This document shows, piece after piece, positions 51,334-64,000 of a stretch of 64,000 nucleotides of DNA. Position numbers and translations under genes: made by a program. The stretch spans positions 10,168,001 through 10,232,000 of the forward strand of contig CM102286.1 of the NCBI GenBank assembly GCA_046563655.1, written 5' to 3'. The notes under the pieces are model-generated. The model saw only the letters and a list, made by a program, of their open reading frames with translations, did not search any database and was not told where the DNA came from. Each line of letters begins with the position of its first letter. The first letter of the stretch is position 1. Origin of the DNA: Yuukianura sp. NJ FZ-2021. Lineage: Eukaryota.

Positions 51334-51491
51334 ACGTAAGCACAAAAAAAGCTAACGAAAGCTAATTAAGAAAAAAGGAACTCAATCAAGAAAATTGGGG
51401 ACCTCAGAATTTGATTTATTTTTAAGTAATATTTAAGTACAGGATCTAAAGACCTCTTTTAATTTAAACTAGGCTAGGATAGATATATACT

Positions 51492-51591
51492 NNNNNNNNN
51501 NNNNNNNNNNNNNNNNNNNNNNNNNNNNNNNNNNNNNNNNNNNNNNNNNNNNNNNNNNNNNNNNNNNNNNNNNNNNNNNNNNNNNNNNNNN
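51492..51591. other. Assembly gap
   Basis: 100 N. Confidence 0.99.
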
Positions 51592-53025
51592 CTAAGCGTA
51601 CGGTAAAAAACGTACGCTTAGAACAATTGGGGAGAAAAGTCTAAGCGTACGGTAAAAAACGTACGCTTAGAAAACGTACGCTTAGAACAATTGGGGAGAA
51701 AAGTCTAAGCGTACGGTAAAAAACGTACGCTTAGAGAACGTACGCTTAGAACCAATTGGGGAGAAAAGTCTAAGCGTACAGTAAAAAGCGTACGCTTAGA
51801 AAAGCGTACGCTTAGACAAATACTGATATAACTAAATATAACCTTACTCGAAACGATTAAAATTTGCATTCTATAAATTACAGAATATATTGATTATGTT
51901 GATTACAGAATATTATTTATTTTTATTATAAAATATGAATCTTACAAATACTTTATTTTTCATATGCTTTCCTACGGTTTTGAAAAATGTATGGCGGCAT
52001 AATTTAAATGATGTCTTCACTAATGTAAATAAACCGTTGTAAACGCCGTACGTAAGTAGCGTAAGGACGCTAGAGTGCACAACCCAGAAAGTGTGTACTT
52101 CCGGTAAAACCGGAGCCTTATTAATCACTCCCCAGGCTATGCCAAACTGGATGACGAAAACAGATTGCAAATAGGTCCAGGGGTTTTGGAGGTATAGTTA
52201 TAGTGCAGACAGGCAGACGGACAGACAGACATACTCCGGGAAAAACATAAAGTAGGTCATGATTCGCCGAGTAGGACGAGGGTCGCAATTTTGCAACTTT
52301 TATCGTCTGTATCTCTGTAACCGTAGATCAATTGTCAAGGTCACCTTTATAAAAGCTGTTATGCCCAATGAGATAAACAACTTTTGTAGAGGTCATTTGT
52401 GCGATTTCCGTCATTAAAGTATTTGACCTTTGACCTAGACAACTTCCGGTCAAGCTGGACACTGATTAAGCACCCCTAGAACATGTGAAACGCAAATGTG
52501 AAAACAGATTGAAGATCGGTCCAGCGGTTCCAGAGCTAGCTTGACCAGCAGACAGATGGACAGACGCACAGACGGACAGACAGACCCGGGGAAAAACATA
52601 AAGTAGCTCATACTTTCGCTACTTAATAATGGCATCACGAAGACATCATTTAAATTATGGCGCCATACATTTTTCAAAACCGTAGGAAAGCATATGAGAA
52701 ATAAAGTATTTGTAAGATTCATATTTTATAATAAAAATAAATAATATTCTGTAATCAACATAATCAATATATTCTGTAATTTATAGAATGCAAATTTTAA
52801 TCGTTTCGAGTAAGGTTATATTTAGTTATATCAGTATTTGTCTAAGCGTACGCTTTTCTAAGCGTACGCTTTTTACTGTACGCTTAGACTTTTCTCCCCA
52901 ATTGGTTCTAAGCGTACGTTCTCTAAGCGTACGTTTTTTACTGTACGCTTAGACTTTTCTCCCCAATTGTTCTAAGCGTACGTTTTCTAAGCGTACGCTT
53001 TTTACCGTACGCTTAGACTTTTTCG
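51592..53025. mobile_element. Foldback-like long inverted repeat with CTAAGCGTACG tandem motifs
   Basis: About 51592-52018 is mirrored by about 52639-53025. Confidence 0.8.
52022..52630 (+). mobile_element. HINE/DINE-1-like element at the centre of the foldback
   Basis: AATAAACCGTTGTAAAC start, sub-TIR TAAGTAGCG/CGCTACTTA, (CAGA/CGGA)n; body related to 2150-2488. Confidence 0.6.
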
Positions 53026-53799
53026 CCGATTAAAGTTTCCCCAATAAACTTTTCGCCAATTAAAGTTTCCCCGATTAACTTTTCGCCGATTAAAGTTTCC
53101 CCAATTAAATTAACTTTTCGCCAATTAAATAAATGGGGGAAAGTTAACTTTTTTTAATTCGGGAAACTTTAATTGGCGGGGAAAGTAAAATAGTTTTGCT
53201 ACTAATATCCCTCCATATACAAGAGGATATAACCCACGATGTAACTACCTGCCTGCATGCAGGGTATCAGTGGCAAATAAGTAAATGACAAGAACGGATG
53301 GTTCCCAGAACCGGTTCTCGTTAAATACAACAACACTAAAGCTAAGTTACTAAACTAATATAAAAAGAGTCTAACTACAAAATTAGTTGTCGATACGCAA
53401 GCGAATTAAACAAAACGTTTTGTTCTAGCGACAAAACTAGTCGCAAAAGTTCGAAGAAAAACACTTTACAGGCGATACTTTGATACTCCTTTGGGGGTTT
53501 ATGTAGTAAAAATAAGATAAAACCCTCAATTGAGAAAGAAAAAGTTCGAATTTCCCGCACAAACGGTTCCCGGTTCTTTCAACCTGAAGGATCCGGATCC
53601 GCAGTAATGGCGGTTCCCGGTTCCCAGATGAGCTAGGAGCAGATCGGGATCCGAAGTAGCGGTTCCTTCTTTTAGGAAGAACGGAACCGGATCGGGATTT
53701 GGAACCGCGGTTCAGGGAACCGTTAGGATCCGAGATCCGTGAAACTCTATTTAAGATGCTCAAATTATTTTTTGTGTTATAGTTTGTAAACGAAGTTAA

Positions 53800-55684
53800 T
53801 TAAATACTCTCCAGCGTCCAATGGCAGTTGAAGTCATTCTGTGGGCCAAGACGCAACGATGTCTCCAAAACGGTTGTTTCACTGGCATATGAATTTACGC
53901 CGTACTTTTTAGGCTTTTGACAAAGTGATTTAGTAACTCCGGTAGAAGCGGTTTCAATTTTGAAAGCCATGTCATTTGCGCGTTTTCTAACCGGAACGAG
54001 TCTCCAATTGAAATTTTCACTTTGAGGTTCAGAACTAATGAAGACGCTGTTCCTGCCGCTTCTGCTCAAGCTCCATGTGTGTTCGGGGTCATCTATCTTA
54101 CGCACAATCTTAAAAAGCGTGGAATTGAAGCTTCCGCCAATGGGTTTGATATCCCACCTAAAATTGAAACGTTTGAATTTTTTGCTTTTGGATTGGTTTT
54201 TACGAAATTTGCAAAGAAACTTAATGGATTGTCAAAAAGTTTACATTTGACGTACCCACAGTGGTCAGCTATAATCAAACCTTCTTCTTTCACGGTTGCG
54301 ACTTCTTGGTCTGCGTCACTGTCCACCGGCCATAGGAACTCCCTTTCTCGAAGGTAAAACCCGCTTTCTTGGTTGCGGATGCAGATACCCGTAGTTCCCC
54401 AGAACAAATTTTGGATTTGCTTTGGGAAAGCGTTTCGCGTTGCCTGAGACGCTTGGCTGACACGAGAGGCGTAGGCGAGCTGAATCGTACGCGCAGACGC
54501 CATTCCACCAAAGCTGGTGGGAATGAGATCCTGGGTGACTTAAGATCCAGTAGATATGACCAAAATTGGAGTCCATAGCTGCTGCATTTGGAAACAGTTT
54601 TTCAGTGACGTCGGCCAGAAGAAGGTGAAGGTCACTGAGATCTCTTCCAGTGAGGTCAATGATTGGATCCACGTTGTGATACTGTATGCTTCGTGCCAAA
54701 AAGTCTATTTCTTTGGGTCTGATATTTGCCTGACGAAAACGAAGTCCATGACAAGTTTTCAAAATTGTTAGAAAAGAATCGTGGCATACATTTTTCAGCA
54801 GATATTATCCACAGAATTCTAATTTACTGCGAGTATTAAAATCTTACCTTAAGTTGTTCGTCGACATGATAAATTTTCTGCACTACCTGGCCATGGTTAG
54901 TACGAAATTCTCGAATGCAGTTGCTGAGCTCTTCATTTCCTCCTTCTTCTCCCAAAAACTTTGACCTTGCTTTCAATTTTTCAATTGACCTTAAAAGGTC
55001 GCCCAGTTGAACATTACCGCTACCTCCGTTCAAATTTTGTCTTTCGAAATCAGCGACGTCCTTGTCTAATTTGCTCAGAACTTCCCTCAATCCTACCGTA
55101 GTTTCCGCGCACTTTATTGCATCTTGAATGCAATGTGTCTCAAGGCCTAATGTCGACTCAGAACAGTCGGAATTTGTAGCGTCATGCTCAAACTTTGAAA
55201 TTTCTTCTAACAACTGCTGCGTGATTCCTGTCGTCCAAACTTTGAACTTTGATTTCAATAAGTCCTGTTGTTCCTGCTGCCAAATTGTTAACTGCTGTAC
55301 AGTAATGTTAGCCTGTTCGTGGTATCCTAAACGCAGACAAAAAATATTTTTGTAATTTAAAATTATTTGAGAGTAACTTACTCAAACTTCCAATATTGAG
55401 TTAAGTCAACTAAAGTTCTGCGCATTTTATACCATCTTGAATGTTCAAAATGGAGGAACTCCAGGTTTCGAAAATTTCCTCTTGCCATTGTTTTAGTAGA
55501 GTTTCAAACCGACCATGTTGATATATTTGCCATTCAGTTGGTTCTACTGAAAACACTTCAATTTAAAAACAAAAGTGTTAGGAGAAGAGGTGTTGAAGTA
55601 ACTTGTAAAATTTTAAAAAGACAAATATGTTATACCTGCTTGATGAGTTAATGCAAACAAGAAAATTCCAAATACAACGATCAT
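53800..55684 (-). pseudogene. Paralog of the secreted 30K/beta-trefoil-like gene with an apparent frameshifting deletion
   Basis: FPKQIQNLFWG..ICIRN...YLRE, KIDDPEH, CHWTLE; reading frame switches near 54510, where the paralog has about 14 more codons. Confidence 0.6.
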
Positions 55685-56788
55685 TGTTAATATCTAATGT
55701 GATAAAATATCTGATGTGAAAAACGAGTAAACCACGAACTAGTACGTTGCAACTTCTACTAGAGACTGCCTGTTAAGGTTGTGCAAAATAAAAAAAACAG
55801 GTTACCAAAGGTCAGGTCACTTTCTGATATTATGTCCTCATCCCCATCCGTCGCGAGTTCTGTGATACAAATAAAAACTTTTTCTTGGAAACAAATCAGC
55901 GCTCCCTTCCTGACCGACGCTTGAAAAAAGCATAAGTAAAGCATAGGTGATTCGATAAACATTATCATACTCTAATTGACGAGTGTTGGTCCTTCCCAAT
56001 GTTAACAGCATGACCATGCAAACTATATGTGCAAAAAACTCTCTATGTGTGGAAGAGTGGAAAGATTCAGGGGTGTCCCTTTTCCATTACTCCTCCAAGC
56101 ACAGACTTCCAAAAATTCCATCTCAACTCAATCAGAGCACAAAAAAGGGGGGGGGGGTGTGGGGGGGCTTGCCCCCCCAGCCTCATCAATACATTTTCGA
56201 TTCAACTAGACAGAACCCGTGATGTGTACACATCACGAAATTACCTAGGTCATACCTCGGGTCAAACGAAAAAGCTAGCGGATTTTTGACAAAATGTTCA
56301 AATTCATCCTTCCTTCATGTCATCGTGATGTGTAAACATCACGGGTTCCGTCTAGTATACAATAAACCGGTTGTAAACCGCGCATAACGAAATAGCTCAA
56401 GCCAATAGATGGTTTTCCCCCAGGTGGGGAATGTGGGGGTGGGTACTCACTCTTTTTCCCTATTCTTCCCCGTTTCCCCTACATTCCCCACCATTTCCCA
56501 CATTCACACGCCCCTCCCCCCTCGGAAGAGTGGGGGGTGGGTTCCCCCCACCCCCGGGGGAGTGGGAGTGGGTTTCCCCACTTTCCCGCATCTCCGTGGG
56601 GGAATGGGAGTGTTCCCCCACTTTTTCGCTCCGCACCCCAGGGAGCGCGGCGGTGTGTTCCCCCACTTTTCCGCCCTCCCCCCCCGGGGGAGTGGGGGTG
56701 GGTTCCCCCACTTTTCCGCCCCCCCCCCCCCGGGGGAGTGGGGGAGGGTTCCCCCACTTTTCCGCCCCCCCCCCGGGGGAGTGGAGGG

Positions 56789-57315
56789 TGTGGCGTTTTG
56801 GGAACAGTCCCACTCCCAACCGCCAAGGATAGAGGTGTATGGAATGGACAGTGCCTGTTATGGTAGCCTTCCGATTCTATCCTGTGCAGATTGTGACTCG
56901 ATAGCTTAAGGGTTAGAGCTGTCTCCCCGGATTGGAGAAGGCGTGGGTTCGAATCCCACTCGGTCACTTATTTTTTCTGCACTGTCATCGTGTGTCTCTC
57001 AAGCTATGTGAGCCCTGATCCCTCACATATGGTGCCGAAAGCCGGGAAGGCAGTGAGGGGGCTTGAGGGGCGGGTGATGTGGCGTTTGGGAACAGTCCCA
57101 CTCCCAACCGCCAAGGATAGAGGTGTATGGAATGGACAGTGCCTGTTATGGTAGCCTTCCGATTCTATCCTGTGCAGATTGTGACTCGATAGCTTAAGGG
57201 TTAGAGCTGTCTCCCCGGATTGGAGAAGGCGTGGGTTCGAATCCCACTCGGTCACTTATTTTTTCTGCACTGTCATCGTGTGTCTCTCAAGCTATGTGAG
57301 CCCTGATTCCTCACA
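56789..57315 (+). mobile_element. TRIM with tRNA-like LTRs (copy B)
   Basis: Same sequence, TSD and flanks as 1488-2014. Confidence 0.9.
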
Positions 57316-58175
57316 AGGGGTCCCCCACTTTTCCGCCCCCCCGGGGGAGTGGGGGCTTCCCCCCACTTTTCCCACCTAGGATGGCTGCCTTATGCGAGAA
57401 TGGGCAAGGTAGCAGGCTTGCCTTACCCATCTACACTGTATGTGAATATGTTGACCTTTGATCCCGGTTTTGACCCCCTTGGAGGGGTCAGAGACCCATG
57501 GTTCATATACCAGAGTTGTTCCCCTCAATGAGAGGAACAACTTTTGTTAGGGTCATTTTCCCGGTTTTATATTCAAAAGGTCAATGACCTTGACCTTTGA
57601 CCCAGTAAAAGGTCAAGTGTCGGGATAATATTTAAACTTGATCTGGCGGCCGACATGAGATGTCCATTGGTGAAAACCCGGATAAAAGCGGACCAGTAGT
57701 TTCCGAGATAATTTGGCGACTCGGACAGACAGACAGACAGACAGACAGACATGAATCAGATTATTAAATAGCTTTCGCTATTTAATAAGTGTGCATTTTA
57801 GTATACAACAAACTTCAGCAGCTCTTTCCTCTTTCAGTGGCTTCTAATAAAGCTTAAACAATCTGACTCTCGTTGTTTTCTACTTGACCTCATACGACCT
57901 TACTCTGGCTCCACTAGCATAATCTGGAGTATGCGTTTTTATTGGTCCGTAGCCCGAGTAAATGTAAAGATTTTGAAATTTTTTTTTAATTAGCAAACTG
58001 AAAGTTACATAGCTTTATTTTTTTTAACTAAACTTTTGACTCATTGGGTTGTCGACGTTACACGCAAAAAGTCCAAAATTTCAGCTCAAATTTCGGAAGA
58101 TTTTAAAGTTTCGATGCTGCGGCTGCAGTGGTAAAGCAGATTTCAGGAATAAAACCGACAACTTTACGTCAGACA

Positions 58176-58796
58176 TCAGACAGCAACTAGTCTAAACTTC
58201 ATTCTCTGTTCAGCAACACTTCCAAACCACAAGTGATTTCTCTCTGAAATGTCTGTCACTTCTGCATCGAATTTAGTGACAAACTGTTTCACTAATATTT
58301 TTAAAATGTTTGTTGAAATATTTCTGCCTGTACATGCATGTACGCCGGCACGCCACAACCACAGTAGCTTAGGATCCATCTTTTCCGGGTTATCTTCACG
58401 CATCAACCGCTCCGGGTTGTAATTCTGCGCCTGTTCAAAAATGTCATTTCCCGGTTCCATTTCAAAAAGAAGCGATCCAGGGACTGCTACTACGTCCACG
58501 CTTCCTACATAGTATGAACCAACTACGGAGTTTGCATGGGGACTACGAACACTTACAATTCCATTACCATTTAAACGCATGCCTTCTATCACACAAGCAT
58601 GTAGAAGCTTGTTTCGCAGAGTTTCATCTATACTTGCTCCGCCCAACTCTTCTTGTAGTTAACGCCAAAGGTCCGAACGACTAGTTAATTCTTTTAAAAT
58701 TTGCATGTTGTGAGGAAAGTGTTGGAAGTGCGTGGTGAGCAAGATTTCGCATACTTCTTGTGCTGATAACGTCTGAGGGCCATTAGCAGTCGCGCG
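58176..58796 (-). pseudogene. Cytochrome P450 fragment (copy B)
   Basis: Same as 2880-3500. Confidence 0.7.
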
Positions 58797-59647
58797 AGGA
58801 GTATCGATCAAAAAAATTGTGAACTTACATTTTCTAATAAGCTCAACCTTTGCAAAAACGTACTCTTTCTCTGCCCGCTGGTTTATTCTCGGTTAGTTTG
58901 CTTTAGCACTTACCTTTCTCAAAAATATAATTGTGAACTCTTTAGTATATCGGGTATGTGGAATTGTCAATCCTTATATAGAGCATTTTAAGAGGTTCTT
59001 AGCATGTATGCATTTAATCTTACTAAATTTGAATATTTCGCGGTCGCTCTGCTTAACGTTTCCATGTTTTCAATAAAATTGACCAAATTTAGCATGAGTA
59101 AAAGTCGTAAAAATAGTCTATCCAAGGTTTAAAGTATTAAATAAAAAACATAAATGCAGATTTTGAATAGAACCAATATAATTTAAAATCTCAATTATGC
59201 TGCTTCGCATATTAATTTATGCATTACCTAACCCAAAAATTATTACATAAAGTTGGCGGTTGAATTATCAAATTGATATACTTGAATACCTAGCGTGTTA
59301 ACTAACCGCGGTAAAAAATTACCAATTATTATTAGAAAATTTCATTGCGTTTCATATATCTAATTTATCGTTTTATTAGAATTTGGTACTATATTCAATT
59401 GTTATTAATTGAATTGAATTGAAGCTCCTAGCGCAAATGTATGCTTCATTGGCCATCTTTATCATCAGTAATATTCATTGGGAAGGGGATATATGTGGAT
59501 GAAAAATTAAATTTAAAACGACCTGTAGAAACGGTATTGAAACCAAATAACCTTCGCAGCAACTCCAGCAGTTGAAAGTAGAGTGCTTTTTTTGAAATTT
59601 TGTGGTAATGATAAAGTTAAAACTTATTGTCTTGACAGGGATAAAAA

Positions 59648-61297
59648 TCAGAGATTTCGTTCTAGAATCCAGTTGCAGGCATTGCTGCCTTCCCACGGAT
59701 TCTGGAGGCTGACAGCAAAGCTAGATTGTGCAGACGCAGTACCGTTACCCGCTGAGTAATGGCAGAGGGACCTTTGTGAAGGCCCGCCGAAATTGAAATT
59801 AAAACTGATATCGGTGGTTGTGTGTTCATTTTCGTGAACTGGCGTATGTGTCATAGGGAAAACGGGGTTAGCGGTCCACGCAATTTTTTCATCAGATGAC
59901 CTGGAACTGAGAAAAACGGAAGATCCACCGCTCGTAACTAAGCCAAAGTGTTTTTCTGGGTCATCCACCTTTCGTTCCAGTCGGAACTTGAGGTCATCAC
60001 CACTCTCCAAAGGTAGTAAAATCCAACTGTGGAAAACGAAGGAAGTAAAATGAATTTCTTGTTAAAATATTCTGAATAAATGTTTCACTCACCCGCATAA
60101 TTCCTCCAATCGGTTAAGTGGTTGTTCTCGCAGTACCACGACTTCCAGTTGTACGTCTAAATTGTCAACATTGTTTCTGGTGGAGCCTGGGTAGGATAAT
60201 TCACGCAAATACATGCCATTTCCAACATTCTTAATACAAAGCACTCTTCCCCAGATTAGGTTTTGAATTTGAAGTGGGAATTTTTGCTTGATTTCTTCTG
60301 AAACGTCGAATCGGCGAGCCAATGACGCAAGTCTAATAGTGTGTTGTGATGTGATGAGATTGAAGGACGACAATTTGGCAAGTGTGCTGTTCACCACACT
60401 GTCTGTAAGATGGCGATCGTGACCTCCGAATTCGGTTAAAAACCAGACGATTTTTGGAAAGCCCATCGTAAATGCTTCGGCAGTAGAAGAAATGTCGTTC
60501 AAAAAGGATTCGATCAAAAAAATCAGTTCGTCCGCATCGTCAACGTCGCGAATCACTGCGCGCATTAAATCTGAATCTCGGAGTACGATGCCTTGCACAA
60601 GTAGCTCCAAGTGTATTTTAGAGTCCTAAAAATAATAACTATAATTTTACTTAAGAAGGGGACTCTCATCACTCAAGTCAAAAGCATTTTTATCATAGAG
60701 AGAATCGATTCAGCGACTACGATCACACGTTTACGTACCTTAGCCCATCCTTCAAATTGTATAATCTTGTTTTGAAAATTAGCATAGCTTGTGCTGAACG
60801 CATCTGGACATCTACTGGGACCTTCGGTGAGCCACTCTTCTCGTAAAAAATTTGCACGGGTTTTGATGGCTTCCAGCTGACTCAACGTGGTGGAATTGGC
60901 GCCAGCGCTTCTTCCCCTGTTGATTACTTCATCTGCTTCGGCATCAATTAAGCGAAGTTGTGCATTAATTTCTACAGTACGCTTCGGGCATGCGTTGGCT
61001 TCTGGATTTTGCGCAATGAGAGTCAGAATGTCACTGAGTCCCGGTTGGGCCGCAACCCGACGCGTCCATTCTCTAAACAGTGAGTCCAACTTGTGGCGCT
61101 GTTCGGTTTCAGTAAGACGTGCAGATCCTGTGTTCAAGCAATTGACATTTACAAGCAGAAAGTACTTGGCACTTGATTAAAATTATTTACCCAACGGTAG
61201 CTTTACAAACTAGTACCAAAGTTTCAGACTCACCTGAATTTCCTCTTACTTGGTTCAACACTGGCAAAATCAATATGATTAATGCTAAATTTCTCAT
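59648..61297 (-). CDS. Secreted 30K/beta-trefoil-like protein (copy B)
   Basis: Same translation as 4352-6001. Confidence 0.65.
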
Positions 61298-62219
61298 TTT
61301 GAGTTGCCTGGCAACTTGAAGCTGCAGTTGCAAATGTTCTTTAACAGAAATCCTTAACTATGTTTTATTTCAGTTTGTCGTTTGTTCCCGGATTCAAAAA
61401 TCTCAAATGCCGTAGAAAAGCAACACACTAATGGAAGCGTCATATCAATATTAAAAGTAACTAGGAACGCGAGTTCTAAGAGTTGTAGGTCGACATTGAT
61501 TAGTCGAGTTCTTACGAACAGTTGGTAGCTTCTGAGAAAGGCTCTTGAAACGAAAGAATATCTTCAGGTCAAAGGTCAAGCATTAGATTCATTCCGACTT
61601 AAGTTACTTAGCAATTCTCTATAATATCGGCATAAGTATTAAATTATCGCAATTCTAATCAAAAATGTAATTTATCACAAAAAGGCGTCGTGTGCAGCAC
61701 CGTGAACTCAAATGTTGATCAAACTATTCTGCGACTTAAAAACGTCAAGCAGAAGCTAACATTATACTTTGCAGCAACCAATTCTTTGAAAATGTGACGT
61801 TAGCTGAAAATGACATTAAAGATCACGGGTCAAACAACAGATTCTTGGAATTGGTCAACTTTTTACAGTAAATCTAAAATAAGCAACCTGAGATTACGGG
61901 ATCCTAAGAAATTACATCCCTATAATTTCTTTTGGTTTAGCAAAGTCCAACTTACTATGAGATTAACTTTAAGTTTTGCAAACTAAACTCAACTTTCAGT
62001 TTAAATTTGTCAATTGCGTTTAGAAGTGCCTTTCATCTAAGTCAAACCCTTCAAAGTGTCGTCGACTTTTTCGAGTCTAAAAATATTTACCTAATTGTAA
62101 CTTTATCCTACTAATATATTAAAACAGCTGATTTAATTGTAGTAACCCAGAAATTTTGTGTATCTTTATAGATGGGATTGTAGATCGAAGTCATCAAATA
62201 TGGTAAAATGGTTTGCATA

Positions 62220-63829
62220 TTAATTTGAATCATGTTTCAATAAATAGGTCGCCATGTACATGACGGTGAAAAGCAAAAACAGAGCGGGATAAGCAATTCT
62301 AGCAGCCACGTCCACTTTTTTGGGCCAGGTCATTTGGGCGTACCTTTTCAATGGATTGGCCTTTGGGTCAAGCAGAGTTACCTCAGATTCAGCAGGAGAT
62401 TGGTTTCCACCGCCCCAGTAGTTGACCAACACACAAATGACCAAAGCAGAAAAAACAAATGTTAGGGAGAACCCGGTCCACACGTCAATGGCCTTCGTGT
62501 ACGACACAGGAGGCGTTGCTGCATTTATAAACCACGTTGCAGAAGACATTATGAGCAAGGTTACCAAGGTCAATGTTATTCTTGCGCTTGTCTCCTTTTG
62601 ATCAACCCAGAATGCCATATACGCCACAATCACGAACATCGTCGTGGGAATGTAGACTTGAATCAAGTAGTAAGAGAACTCACGTCGAAATAGAAAATCA
62701 ACACGAAGACAACTGTAAACTCCTAGCGTTAAAAACGAGATTTAAAAATCTAAAGTTAACTTGTTGCTTTGCGGCTGGATTTGAAGCTGCTGCTAACCTG
62801 TGTTAGTATGAGAATCACAGTAGTCTGTCGTAAACTGCTCCAACGCAAATCGAGGCAAATGAAGAGCCGGGGTCACTTGTACTGGGTCATCAATCTTCCA
62901 TTTAAAAATTAAGTCGTCAGTTGTAAATCCGTCTAAGACCAAAAAAGAATATCAAAAAACCAAACTGGAATGCTGTGCTTTGGGTTTCTTACAACTGGCC
63001 ATGCGGAGGCTGCAAGTTTGCTTGTCCAGTGGGTACAGTTTTAGAATCATTGGGCAACTTAAAGTAAGGCTCACTCTGAAATAAGTATGAACCTAATCAG
63101 TGTCATGCAATATAAAGGTTTTTAATAAAATATTTTTAATTACACAAGAAACTTTACCTAACGCTGTACAGGACCTGCCCATCCGGGAATATCCGAACGT
63201 AAACGTTTGGTTTGAGAAGATCATGCAGATGACCTTCCTTTTCATTGGAAAAGAACAAATCTGGGATCCAGACCTTAGAAGACGTGCTCAAGGTCAAGTA
63301 CTGTTTTTGTCCTGCCAATTCTGGAGAGGATTTGCCCCAGGCCAACCTTTCGTCGAGCCACAACATTCGAAATGTCAACTGCGTTTTGTAGATCTTTCGA
63401 AAAAAAATTAAAGTTGAAAATTTTTTCTTTTGGACCTAAAATTCATTTTAACAATTACCATTTTCACGTCATCGATATCATCAACTGACCTCACGTACAT
63501 GTTGACATTCACAACAGTTGCTCCTGAAATATTTTTTGTTACATTTTGCACGTAATTTTCTGTTGAATACTCTTAGTACTATATAAATATTAAACCTGTG
63601 CCATTAGCTCCTTGTGGACGAATGTGAGTATCGTAGTTCTTCGGATCCAAAATTGAATTCAAAGTTTGCCGCTCCATTTCTTGAATTGATACTCCGCCTC
63701 TAATATTTTAGAAAAGAATATTTTAGTAAAAAAAATATTTCAAATGAATATGAATAATTCTTACACTCGGTTTTGGAAGAGTAACGCCGTCACAAAGCAA
63801 AGCAAAAATTCGACGCGGTCCGTTTTCAT
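62220..63829 (-). CDS. GluCl-like Cys-loop channel (copy B)
   Basis: Same exons as 6924-8538; differences mainly intronic or synonymous. Confidence 0.9.
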
Positions 63830-64000
63830 TTCTTTCTTTTTTGTTTGACTTATCGATGTTAAGAAGTTTCTGAATTCGTGAAGTTTTTAGAATTTTTTTT
63901 CAAATGTGAGCTTTGATGATGAACTTCGAGAGCCGCTGCTTTGTTCAATGTCCAAACAATTATGTTCATAAAGTGTTGCAGTCTTTACTTTAAATTGACC

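Larger units (their letters stand above)
55301..64000. repeat. Segmental duplicate (copy B) of 1-8709
   Basis: Direct sequence identity. Confidence 0.97.

Noticed and set aside
51592..51820. CRISPR-like palindromic repeats
   Set aside because: Spacers are themselves repeated; part of a foldback arm
56789..57315. Second TRIM as evidence of independent transposition
   Set aside because: Same TSD and flanks; copied by the segmental duplication

Overview
AT-rich eukaryotic DNA with short GT-AG introns and dense repeats. The gene families suggest an arthropod, probably a springtail-like hexapod (inference). Bases 1-8709 recur almost identically at 55301-64000, downstream of a 100-N gap (51492-51591). 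Host genes: a divergent GluCl-like Cys-loop channel (2 copies), secreted proteins with a 30K-lipoprotein/beta-trefoil-like C-terminus, an NRF-6-like acyltransferase and a 7TM chemoreceptor (a duplicated pair with reciprocal damage), a helical-repeat protein, an intronless divergent ionotropic receptor, and P450 and dynein fragments. Mobile DNA includes several MITE superfamilies with TSDs, solo LTRs, HINE/Helitron-like elements, an intron-containing Tc1/mariner and Maverick relics. Three items stand out. (1) A TSD-bounded LINE (27630-30065) has lost its RT but keeps ORF1 and carries an intact extra ORF3 for a small membrane protein with fusogen (FAST/env)-like architecture. (2) A 527-bp TRIM has a tRNA-like Pol III cassette in each LTR and a tRNA-Phe PBS. 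(3) A decayed bacterial polymorphic-toxin (Ntox17-like) gene is present. All homology calls come from motif recognition by eye; no searches were run.
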